Origin: a phage
Reading direction: 5' to 3' (one strand)
Length of the DNA stretch: 44,706 nt
Assembly: GCA_021454005.1 (NCBI GenBank)
Contig: GCA_021454005.1_3939.1
Part shown: positions 18,297 to 26,630 of the stretch, one piece after another
How the letters are laid out: each line of letters begins with the position of its first letter
Numbering within the stretch: position 1 is the stretch's first letter
The notes under the pieces: generated by a model
Told to the model about the DNA's origin: nothing
Seen by the model: the letters and a program-made list of their open reading frames with translations, nothing else
The model's database searches: none
Program-made: the position numbers and the translations under genes

Positions 18297-18668
18297 ATGA
18301 AGTGGCTAGAGGAAGCTTTTAAAAATAATATTGGTGCAATTGTAGTTGGTATTTTTAGTGTTATTGGGATGTATACCACTATGCAAGTTTCAAGTGGTAA
18401 GCAAGAAGTATCTGTCACAACAAAGTTACAGCAGCTAGATAATTATTCCAAAAGTAACTATTCAGCTATTCGTGATTTACAGTCTGACATGAGACTGATT
18501 CAGCTAGGGATGGAGAACCAGAAAGTTCAGTTAGAGAATGTTAAGGGTGAAAACGCAAAACTTACCAAAACTCTTGATAAATTCTCTGACAGTGTGAATA
18601 ATCTGGCTCAATCAGTATCAGCCCTCCAAGCTATTACTGAGAAGAACACAAAGAATACTGAAAAATAA
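18297..18668 (+). CDS. membrane-anchored coiled-coil protein (possible spanin-like)
   Basis: 123 aa with N-terminal TM helix (IGAIVVGIFSVIGMY) followed by heptad-like Q/L/N-rich region. Confidence 0.3.
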   Translation: MKWLEEAFKNNIGAIVVGIFSVIGMYTTMQVSSGKQEVSVTTKLQQLDNYSKSNYSAIRDLQSDMRLIQLGMENQKVQLENVKGENAKLTKTLDKFSDSVNNLAQSVSALQAITEKNTKNTEK

Positions 18669-18676
18669 AATTTTAA

Positions 18677-18708
18677 GGCTCCTTTTGACGGGAGCCTTTT
18701 TTGTTTTT
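18677..18708. terminator. bidirectional terminator at convergence of + and - strand blocks
   Basis: Hairpin GGCTCC-TTTTGACG-GGAGCC flanked by A-run upstream and T-run downstream, between convergent genes ending at 18668 and 18707. Confidence 0.6.
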
Positions 18709-19606
18709 ACTTACCTACTGACAAAGGCGCTTCAATCTTTCCTGCATGTTGGTAGTTGTTAATTCCACCGATAAAGTCACTTGCAGTGAGATGTTTTAGG
18801 TCACTTAAAGTGTTAAGTGGGATACCAATCTCAAAAGTTGGTGCATGGAACTCTTCATTGTTCATCAGTTCATAAACCTGCTTCATATGGTTCTGATAAA
18901 TCTGAGTATCTCCAAAGACACCTATCAAATATCGTGGAGTGTATCCAGTCATCTTACAAAGGACTTCCAGAATAAAACCATAAGATGCAATGTTAAACGG
19001 AAGCCCTAAAAAGGTGTCTACAGAACGCTGATACCATTGTAAGTCAACTTCACCCTCGTTGGTGATATAAATCTGAAACAGAACATGACAAGGTGCTAAA
19101 GCCATTGAGTTTGCTGCAATATCTGCTGCATTCCAAGCGTTAACAAGCATGTAACGGTCTGTGATATCACCCTTCATCTTCGCTACTAAGGTCTCTAACT
19201 GGTCTACAACACAACCATCATGACCCTCAAAGTTTCTCCACTGAACCCCGTAGATTCTACCACCTGCATCCTCTAACCAGTCTTGTTCAGAGGAATAATT
19301 AGAGCTTAACCAGCGTTTAAAATCATCTGACCAGATAGTCCAGCGTTCCCCATCATTTTCACCCCAAGTACGGTAACGAAGTTCACCAAGTTTATTCTCA
19401 CCATTCAGGAACCATAAAGCTTCCCCAATAACTTGCCGTGTAAACACCTGTTTAGATGTTAAGAGTGGGAAACCAGTTCGCATATCAAAACGAAACTGTG
19501 GTGGAGCAAATGCAGAGATAACATCTCCAGTTCGTGTAGTACGCAGTTCACCAACGGATAAAACATGGTTCAGGATATTTTTGTAACTCAAATCAGCTTG
19601 TGACAT
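18707..19606 (-). CDS. thyA: thymidylate synthase
   Basis: Motifs ALAPCHVLFQIY (active-site Cys), YQRSVDTFLGLPFNIASY, GRIYGVQWR closely match E. coli ThyA (recalled). Confidence 0.85.
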   Translation of the reverse strand: MSQADLSYKNILNHVLSVGELRTTRTGDVISAFAPPQFRFDMRTGFPLLTSKQVFTRQVIGEALWFLNGENKLGELRYRTWGENDGERWTIWSDDFKRWLSSNYSSEQDWLEDAGGRIYGVQWRNFEGHDGCVVDQLETLVAKMKGDITDRYMLVNAWNAADIAANSMALAPCHVLFQIYITNEGEVDLQWYQRSVDTFLGLPFNIASYGFILEVLCKMTGYTPRYLIGVFGDTQIYQNHMKQVYELMNNEEFHAPTFEIGIPLNTLSDLKHLTASDFIGGINNYQHAGKIEAPLSVGK

Positions 19607-19607
19607 A

Positions 19608-20153
19608 TCAAAAGTGTCCTTTTACTTGTGGAACATAAATTTCAAAGGTTGCTTTACCATCATCCGATGGCCTTGACTGTACCTTTGCAAATACACGGCT
19701 ATCATACAGCTTCTCAAAGAAGTTTTCAAAAGGTAAATGCACAGTGGCCTCTTCAGTAACTTTATGGAAGACTGTATGGAACACCACACCAGCATACGGT
19801 AAAGCATTGACAAGGACACCTGCACCACCAATTACAAAGACATCTTCATCAATAGAGCTATCAAGATACTTCAAAAATGCTCCAAATGACTCTTTACTGG
19901 CTTTAGCATACATTACATCATCTTTGCCAAAGTCTATGCCTAAGTATGGTACAGAATTTGTTAAGATTAGGTTTGCACGTTCTGGTAGAGGTTTACTACC
20001 CAGAGTCTTAAAAGTCTCATTACCCATCACTACTAAGTTATTTTTAGTGAGTCTCTTAAACTCTTGCATGTCCTGTTTATGTCGAGGCCACGGCATACCA
20101 GTTGGAGTACCAAACTCACCATTTTCACCACTTGCAAAGATTAATTTAATCAT
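19608..20153 (-). CDS. frd: dihydrofolate reductase
   Basis: N-terminus MIKLIFASGENGEFGTPTGMPW with LVVMGNETFKTLG..PLPER matches the DHFR fold signature; adjacent to thyA. Confidence 0.8.
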   Translation of the reverse strand: MIKLIFASGENGEFGTPTGMPWPRHKQDMQEFKRLTKNNLVVMGNETFKTLGSKPLPERANLILTNSVPYLGIDFGKDDVMYAKASKESFGAFLKYLDSSIDEDVFVIGGAGVLVNALPYAGVVFHTVFHKVTEEATVHLPFENFFEKLYDSRVFAKVQSRPSDDGKATFEIYVPQVKGHF

Positions 20154-20410
20154 TTTGTAAATCCTTTCTTAATGAACCAGTTGATAACACTCTTCACAAC
20201 TTTACTATGATGGTAGATAAAATGTGGAGAGGGTTGGTATGAACCATAAGCCCAGAAAGCGATAATTTCATTACACCCTGTGCATCGGGTACTTTCTTCA
20301 GCAATATGACCGTTGACTATTTCACTTACCTCACCTTGTAAGTCTGTACACCCGCAATGTGGACAACGGATAGGTGTTCCATCAGACTCATAGCAGTGTT
20401 CAATTTTCAT
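20150..20410 (-). CDS. small zinc-ribbon protein (hypothetical)
   Basis: 86 aa with CPHCGC...CTGC cysteine pairs; start overlaps DHFR stop. Confidence 0.35.
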   Translation of the reverse strand: MKIEHCYESDGTPIRCPHCGCTDLQGEVSEIVNGHIAEESTRCTGCNEIIAFWAYGSYQPSPHFIYHHSKVVKSVINWFIKKGFTK

Positions 20411-20926
20411 CTATTTAACCTCAAAAACTGGTTCAAGAACCAATATAAAGTCTACACAGTCATCTTCTTCATCCAGAATACCATCAAAGTTCTTAGGTAC
20501 AAAGTCGAAGAGGCTCATAGAATATCGGTCAGAAGTAACCCTGATAGTGTTCCCTATATTCTCTACAGTTAATATTGTACGGCTTTCTGTTACCTCACTT
20601 AGAAGATTACTCACAAAGTCATCTAAGAAGTGTTTCATCAGTGACTTGAAGCCTTTAGGGTAATCTGTACCAGAGTATGTTTCAATCTGAGGAACAAGCT
20701 TAACATTTATACTAGTCTTTGTTAAGAACGTTTTAGAGAACATGCTATCAGGTAGCTTACAAACAGTCTTTCCAGTACCTTCATGTTCAATCTCAACAAA
20801 ACCAGCTTCGTCTCCACATGTAACTATTTTAAAAGATGCTTCATTCTCATACTGTGAAGCCATAAACTTTTTAAGCATTTCTTTAAGGAAATCTGCATGA
20901 GCATCTTGTAAGTAGATATCAATCAT
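20411..20926 (-). CDS. hypothetical protein
   Basis: 171 aa ORF in - strand block; no motif recognised. Confidence 0.35.
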   Translation of the reverse strand: MIDIYLQDAHADFLKEMLKKFMASQYENEASFKIVTCGDEAGFVEIEHEGTGKTVCKLPDSMFSKTFLTKTSINVKLVPQIETYSGTDYPKGFKSLMKHFLDDFVSNLLSEVTESRTILTVENIGNTIRVTSDRYSMSLFDFVPKNFDGILDEEDDCVDFILVLEPVFEVK

Positions 20927-20939
20927 AGTTAATCACCTA

Positions 20940-21299
20940 TTATGGGAACAAGCACTTAATGTCATCGTTTTTGAAAACAAAACTTGTGTAGTTGTGACCA
21001 TCAACATCCAACCAAACAGCCTGAACATCCACACCATCAAGATTGTGGTAAAGTTCTTTGATGAAGTGGTCTTTCACAATCTGGCTGCTAGTTGTTTCCA
21101 GCTTAATGTTCGAGATTGCTGAACCTACAGCCATATAGCCCATGACCCGTTTCTTCTCAGTATGCTTAATCTTACCATCTTTGTAAGCCATAATGAGATT
21201 GGAAAGAATTTTTACACCATAATACTTTTCAAGGTGAGTAGGTACACCATAAAAGCCTAATGCGAAGTTTTCAGAGTGGATAATGTTTTCACGTTTCAT
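20940..21299 (-). CDS. hypothetical protein
   Basis: 119 aa ORF; no motif recognised. Confidence 0.35.
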   Translation of the reverse strand: MKRENIIHSENFALGFYGVPTHLEKYYGVKILSNLIMAYKDGKIKHTEKKRVMGYMAVGSAISNIKLETTSSQIVKDHFIKELYHNLDGVDVQAVWLDVDGHNYTSFVFKNDDIKCLFP

Positions 21300-21300
21300 A

Positions 21301-21600
21301 TTAATCTGCCAACCTTAAATTGAAATTAACACCAAATTTTTCACATACTTCCAACATATACTCAAGGGAGACGTTACCAGTGAGATGGATTATGTTGGAT
21401 ACACGAGCCTGAGAGATACCACAAATTTTAGCAACTTGCTCTTGAGAAAGACCTCTGGATTTAATCTCTCTCTTAAAACGATGTGCAACGAAATCTCTCA
21501 TTTCATCTACATCCATTGGACAAATATAACTCTCCATTTCAGCCTCTCTATCAGCCTCCCAATCATCTTGTGGGGCATAAGGGTCAAAAGCCTCATTCAT
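21301..21600 (-). CDS. putative helix-turn-helix DNA-binding protein
   Basis: HTH-like segment LSQEQVAKICGISQARVSNIIH preceded by acidic N-terminus; start taken at ATG 21600, overlapping upstream stop (ATGAATGA). Confidence 0.4.
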   Translation of the reverse strand: MNEAFDPYAPQDDWEADREAEMESYICPMDVDEMRDFVAHRFKREIKSRGLSQEQVAKICGISQARVSNIIHLTGNVSLEYMLEVCEKFGVNFNLRLAD

Positions 21601-21805
21601 CTTTCTTCTTCCGTTTGCGTGAAGTGTCAATCAATGAATCTATGTTTGTAGCCCTAACCTTTTCACGTTCATCGTTAAGATAATCATCAAGAGCCTTTTC
21701 AATCTGTGAATCATCTTGACAGATAACTGTAAAGACTGTAAAGCCATCTGTATCGTCAATTATCTTACCATAACCGCTTCTGGGATGTAACTTTTTAAGA
21801 GCCAT
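21593..21805 (-). CDS. hypothetical small protein
   Basis: 70 aa ORF with basic C-terminus (RKRKKKDE), coupled to downstream HTH gene. Confidence 0.3.
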   Translation of the reverse strand: MALKKLHPRSGYGKIIDDTDGFTVFTVICQDDSQIEKALDDYLNDEREKVRATNIDSLIDTSRKRKKKDE

Positions 21806-21806
21806 A

Positions 21807-22190
21807 TCAAATACCTGTGCAGCTTCTGTTTTCTAAGAAATACTCAACACCATACATAGCTTTTTGCATCAAATCTTCTTTAAACTGGATACGATGGTTG
21901 AGCATAGCCTGTACATCAATATCATCACGGTGTTTCTCTTTAATATTTGCAGATTGCAGGAAATACTCTGCAAGAACACGATACTGGTAGTCAGTTACCT
22001 TATCAGTCATCTCTGTCAAAGATTCTTCAGAGATTGGTTTAAGTAGTTCACCATTAGCCAGAGCAACACCTTTAACAATCTGGCAAGTGTCTTCTGGAAC
22101 ACCTGATAAGTCCACATTTGGAAGTTCTGTTGCATTGACTGGTAAGTTCATTGCCATAACCATTGCAGTAGCTAATAAAATCTTTTTCAT
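21807..22190 (-). CDS. secreted/periplasmic protein with signal peptide (hypothetical)
   Basis: N-terminus MKKILLATAMVMAMNLPVNA-TE looks like a Sec signal peptide with AxA-like site; RBS GAGGT; own promoter upstream. Confidence 0.45.
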   Translation of the reverse strand: MKKILLATAMVMAMNLPVNATELPNVDLSGVPEDTCQIVKGVALANGELLKPISEESLTEMTDKVTDYQYRVLAEYFLQSANIKEKHRDDIDVQAMLNHRIQFKEDLMQKAMYGVEYFLENRSCTGI

Positions 22191-22234
22191 AATGACCTCA
22201 AAGTTATATTAAATTTTGTATTACATTGAGTATA

Positions 22235-22263
22235 AAAATAAGCTATAACACCTGACTTGTCAA
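22235..22263 (-). promoter_or_regulatory. sigma70-like promoter for signal-peptide gene
   Basis: On - strand: TTGACA (22258-22263), 17 nt spacer, TATTTT (22235-22240); -35 extends as TTGACAAG..GGTG. Confidence 0.35.
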
Positions 22264-22282
22264 CAGACTTTATAGCTTATTT

Positions 22283-22656
22283 GGCAGATTTTTTATAAGG
22301 CTACTGCCATCCTTCCATACCCTACCTTACCACACCTAACCATACCTAACCAAACTACACCATACAATACCTTATTAAAAGACCCTCTTAAAGACCTTTT
22401 AAAAAGGTAAGTCTCATTTTAATGTAGCTGAGACTAACTACCCACACCTTACCTCACCTGACCTGACCTGACCATACCTAGCATTACCGTGCCACACCTC
22501 ACTTAAAAACCCTCTTAGAAGACTCTTAAGTGATGTAATCGGATTTTAATGTAGCTCCGATTAACTACCCGCACTTTACCAAACCTCACCCTACCCTACC
22601 AGACCTTACCTAACCGCGCCGTACCTCATTAAAAGACCCTCTTAAAGACCTTTTAA
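22283..22656. repeat. intergenic modular repeat array A (3 units)
   Basis: Hairpins at 22283-22308, 22410-22435, 22536-22563; G-depleted tracts at 22309-22374, 22436-22499, 22564-22628; second hairpin family at 22375-22402, 22500-22532, 22629-22656. Confidence 0.7.
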
Positions 22657-22678
22657 AAAGGAGCCTCCGAAGAGGCTA
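22651..22678 (-). terminator. rho-independent terminator (UUCG tetraloop) after 146-aa gene
   Basis: On - strand: AGCCTC-TTCG-GAGGCT followed by CC TTTTT; 10 nt after stop of gene 22689..23129. Confidence 0.5.
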
Positions 22679-22688
22679 CCTAGTCAAC

Positions 22689-23129
22689 TTAGAAAGGTTT
22701 TCTACGTTGCTTGTTAATGTTAGCTTTCATAGCAGCTAAATGGTTTTGCTGTTCAATTAGTCGTGAACGTTCTTGATGGCTAAGTACCATAGTGTTCACA
22801 TTCTCAATCGCTTGAGTGGCTTGCTTTAAAGCACGACCAATCTTACCAGACATTTTACGTTTTGCAATAGTTGCTTGATGCTTAGGTTCAACCACACGAT
22901 AACCAACACCCATTGAAGCAACCAGATAAATCTTCTCTTCTTTAAGAAGCTTCTCAATAAACTTCTCAAGTCGATTTAAGCGTGTAAGCGCATAAGCCTT
23001 CATTTCATCTTCGTACTTAACAATGTCACCTTGATAAGTTGGCTTCACAATACCTAAGAAGGTGTCCATCTCAGAATGTGATACAGTGTCACCGTAACTA
23101 AACTTTGCTGCTAATGCTTTTGTATTCAT
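22689..23129 (-). CDS. hypothetical protein (cassette gene 2)
   Basis: 146 aa ORF, basic C-terminus (KANINKQRRKPF); no motif recognised; between repeat arrays. Confidence 0.4.
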   Translation of the reverse strand: MNTKALAAKFSYGDTVSHSEMDTFLGIVKPTYQGDIVKYEDEMKAYALTRLNRLEKFIEKLLKEEKIYLVASMGVGYRVVEPKHQATIAKRKMSGKIGRALKQATQAIENVNTMVLSHQERSRLIEQQNHLAAMKANINKQRRKPF

Positions 23130-23131
23130 AA

Positions 23132-23737
<606 letters not shown>

Positions 23738-23760
23738 TTAGTTGATTGTTAAGTTGTTTG

Positions 23761-24098
23761 TAAAGAACCCTCAATAGAAGACTCTTTAGAAACTTGGTAG
23801 ATTTTTAACGTGGCTACTACCATCCACCCACACTTTGCCATACCTCACCGCGCCTTACCCGACCGGGCTGCACCTTGCCTTGCCAAACATCACTTAAAAA
23901 CCCTATGAGATACCCTATCGAGTATAATTTAAAGGCTCTTAAGTGATGTAAGTCTCATTTTAATGTAGCTGAGACTAACTACCCATACCCTACTTTACCT
24001 TGCCGTACCGTACTTTACCCGACCACACCGGACAATACTTAACCCTACCTCACCCGACCGGACATCACTTAAAAACCCTCTTAGAAGACTCTTAAGTG
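23761..24098. repeat. intergenic modular repeat array B (2-3 units)
   Basis: Second-family hairpins at 23761-23788, 23891-23945, 24066-24098; first-family hairpins at 23796-23821, 23951-23976; G-depleted tracts at 23822-23890, 23977-24065. 24066-24098 equals 22500-22532; 23951-23976 equals 22410-22435. Confidence 0.7.
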
Positions 24099-24131
24099 AT
24101 GCTGGTGAGTACCCGTTGGTCTATGCTGCTC

Positions 24132-24159
24132 AGTATACTCACCAAATTTTCTATGTCAA
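24132..24159 (-). promoter_or_regulatory. sigma70-like promoter firing into repeat array B
   Basis: On - strand: TTGACA (24154-24159), 16 nt spacer, TATACT (24132-24137), just downstream of ligase stop; overlaps inverted repeat GGTGAGTA/TACTCACC (24104-24141). Confidence 0.35.
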
Positions 24160-24165
24160 CAACTT

Positions 24166-25266
24166 TTATTCATAATCTCGTATAACGAGACCAACAGGGA
24201 ACTGTAAAGAACCCTTACGAGTCATCTTCTGGAACTGAACCGTTAAAGGTTTCCCGATAAACTCTTCAGGATGCTCAGCAAGATACTGTTTCTTCTCATG
24301 AGTAGTCTTCCATGAGACATCTACAAAGACGTTAGGAAGAGTCTCTACAACGAACTTACCATGACCACGTTTATCAGTCTTTACACCAGTAACTTTAAAC
24401 TCTTCAGTGTGCATCTTCTTGTGCTTAATCAAGAAGTATGAACGGTGACCACACTCATAGAAAGATTCTTCAGAGATTGAACGGTACATTGCACCTTCAA
24501 ACTTAGCTTCAACCCACTTATCATGAGCTTCATCAAACTCTTCCCAAGAATTTACACGGATAGTCTGTACAGGAACAACTCTACAGGTATCCCCAAGCTC
24601 AACAATAGGTGAGTTATCAATAACTTCACGACGCTCAGGCCAAGATTTTGAATTGTCACAGATATCATACCAGTAGAATTTAAGAAGGTGACGGTCTGGA
24701 TTGTCAGCATTCTTAATCATAGATACAATATCTTCTAAGTCCCAACCATGAGCATAAATCTCTCCGTCAAAGTCTTCAACTTGCGGATGTAATTTAAGCA
24801 ACAAAAGCAAATCTGGGATTAGTTCTGTTGGAACGTTGTAAACAGTATTCTCACGAGAATAAGCTGTGAAACTGACTGAATCAGCATCTCTTGAGATTCT
24901 ACAACGTACACCATCAAGTTTTGGTTGAGCATCAGCAGGGAACTTCAGATACTTTGCATGACTAACCTTTGCAGCATCATGAGCAAGCTGTACACCTACC
25001 TTCTCAGTATTCTGTGCAGACTCTTTTGTGTAAGCATAACCTTTACGGTCAACTTGCTTTTTATACTTAGCAGCAACTTCAAAGAGAGCTTGCTGTTCAG
25101 CGTTACGCTCATTCTTTTTACCGATGTTCTTAGGCTCTGCTGTATACTCTTCAAACATCATCTTGCCATTCTCTTTACCATAGGTTGTAATAACTTTGTC
25201 ACCTACAGCAACACATGACCAGACGTTGAAGGAACCATCTTTATTTTGTTTGTACAGAATTGTCAT
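24166..25266 (-). CDS. ATP-dependent DNA ligase
   Basis: Adenylation motif KLDGVRC (KxDG); size about 366 aa; start set at ATG 25266 with RBS GAGGT. Confidence 0.8.
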   Translation of the reverse strand: MTILYKQNKDGSFNVWSCVAVGDKVITTYGKENGKMMFEEYTAEPKNIGKKNERNAEQQALFEVAAKYKKQVDRKGYAYTKESAQNTEKVGVQLAHDAAKVSHAKYLKFPADAQPKLDGVRCRISRDADSVSFTAYSRENTVYNVPTELIPDLLLLLKLHPQVEDFDGEIYAHGWDLEDIVSMIKNADNPDRHLLKFYWYDICDNSKSWPERREVIDNSPIVELGDTCRVVPVQTIRVNSWEEFDEAHDKWVEAKFEGAMYRSISEESFYECGHRSYFLIKHKKMHTEEFKVTGVKTDKRGHGKFVVETLPNVFVDVSWKTTHEKKQYLAEHPEEFIGKPLTVQFQKMTRKGSLQFPVGLVIRDYE

Positions 25267-25459
25267 TTTTAACCTCTGAGTGATACCAAGTATTGCAAGC
25301 ATTACATGCGTAAAGCTCTAAGTCATTTTTATCTGGTTTGTGGAAACAGTTTGACCCACAACGACACCGGAATAGCTTACCATCAACACGAAGAATGAAT
25401 GTTTCAAGCTCACCATCTTCTGTAAGAACTGCGTTCTTAAATTTATCTTCTACAGTCAT
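25241..25459 (-). CDS. small zinc-finger protein (hypothetical)
   Basis: 72 aa with CRC...CNAC cysteine pairs; 3' end overlaps ligase start. Confidence 0.3.
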   Translation of the reverse strand: MTVEDKFKNAVLTEDGELETFILRVDGKLFRCRCGSNCFHKPDKNDLELYACNACNTWYHSEVKNDNSVQTK

Positions 25460-25662
25460 TTTCTCTTACCACCAATCTCTACGTCGATAACTTGAACATC
25501 GCCAGCAACATCAAACTTATGAATGATGCTTTCCACAGTGTAAGTCCAACCCTCAATGCGAACCAACTCACCTTCTCGTGGGACGATTGGATTACGTTGA
25601 GCTACGGTTGTAGTGGAGTGAACAACATCATAACAATAGATGTAGTTTACTAAGACTTCCAT
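25456..25662 (-). CDS. hypothetical small protein
   Basis: Start set at ATG 25662 with RBS GAGGT 7 nt upstream; the longer ORF-track version overlaps the lipoprotein gene. Confidence 0.3.
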   Translation of the reverse strand: MEVLVNYIYCYDVVHSTTTVAQRNPIVPREGELVRIEGWTYTVESIIHKFDVAGDVQVIDVEIGGKRK

Positions 25663-25672
25663 CGTGAAAACC

Positions 25673-25942
25673 TCACTCAATAACCGTAGTGTGTGATTGA
25701 CCATTTTTGCCATAGCTATAAGATGTTGTTGTTTGGGAGTTTGGACATCTGACAACAACAATATCTCTGCTTATAGCATCACCATGTAACTTGTATACTC
25801 TGCAATCTTGCATCTCTGGTGGGAGACTGTAAGAAGCATTTTTATCTTCATAAGAAGGGTTGCAGCCAGATAGAAAAACAACACCAAGCGCAATTACTGC
25901 TTTCCACATAATACTTCCCCAGAGACTGTACATTTTCTTCAT
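25673..25942 (-). CDS. putative lipoprotein
   Basis: N-terminal hydrophobic segment ending in lipobox-like FLSGC; 89 aa. Confidence 0.45.
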   Translation of the reverse strand: MKKMYSLWGSIMWKAVIALGVVFLSGCNPSYEDKNASYSLPPEMQDCRVYKLHGDAISRDIVVVRCPNSQTTTSYSYGKNGQSHTTVIE

Positions 25943-26172
25943 AGCAACTCCAGAATATCAATACGTTCACCTTTGAGTACTCCAGTACGGTCTTTTGCAA
26001 TCTTACCGTCAACGATAAGGATGTGTGTAGACCTTAAAGTGTCGCTGTTAAAGGTTTTTACGAACTTGCTAGGCATCACTACAATACACATCTCCTGAAT
26101 CAACTCTGGAGTATAGCAATTGTCGTGAAGTTGCTGAATAACGTCTGCAAGTGTCATTTTTGATGTCTCCAA
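25939..26172 (-). CDS. small protein, paralog of 26360..26569
   Basis: C-terminus DGKIAKDRTGVLKGERIDILELL matches GGKIAKDKTGYLKGERVDIENLL in the other copy. Confidence 0.4.
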   Translation of the reverse strand: METSKMTLADVIQQLHDNCYTPELIQEMCIVVMPSKFVKTFNSDTLRSTHILIVDGKIAKDRTGVLKGERIDILELL

Positions 26173-26363
26173 TATTCAATATCTACAAGTTCTTGTGCAA
26201 TGCTTTTAAGGTTACTTTTAAGGAAAACTTTCTCACCACCAGACAGGGAAGTGTTATCAATGAGTCTATTCATTCTCTCAAACAACTTCTGCTTACGGTT
26301 CTTGATAGTTTCCTTTGAAGCACCTTTCATCATCGCTGCATGGGTTCTTCCACGGTGACTCAT
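26154..26363 (-). CDS. small basic protein (hypothetical)
   Basis: 69 aa Lys/Arg-rich ORF between the two paralogs. Confidence 0.3.
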   Translation of the reverse strand: MSHRGRTHAAMMKGASKETIKNRKQKLFERMNRLIDNTSLSGGEKVFLKSNLKSIAQELVDIEYWRHQK

Positions 26364-26569
26364 AGCAAATTCTCGATGTCTACACGTTCACCTTTTAAGT
26401 ACCCTGTCTTATCTTTTGCGATTTTCCCTCCAGCAATAAAGATATCTGCTATACGCAGAGCTTCAGGGTTTACTCTATAACCACTGCAAATAACAATAAG
26501 CATGTCTTCAATCTCTTTTTGAGAATAACCTGCACATTGCAACTGAACTTCAATCTCTGAAAGCGTCAT
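26360..26569 (-). CDS. small protein, paralog of 25939..26172
   Basis: 69 aa; shared C-terminal motif; RBS AGGAGG; conserved TTGACAAGGTG box upstream. Confidence 0.4.
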   Translation of the reverse strand: MTLSEIEVQLQCAGYSQKEIEDMLIVICSGYRVNPEALRIADIFIAGGKIAKDKTGYLKGERVDIENLL

Positions 26570-26630
26570 GTGACCTCCTATACAAGATACAGTATAAGGT
26601 ACTCTTCCATGAGCACCTTGTCAATACTAA

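Noticed and set aside
18707-19606. dCMP/dUMP hydroxymethylase instead of thymidylate synthase
   Set aside because: The match to canonical ThyA motifs is very close and a DHFR gene is adjacent, favouring ThyA; the alternative is kept as a caveat only.
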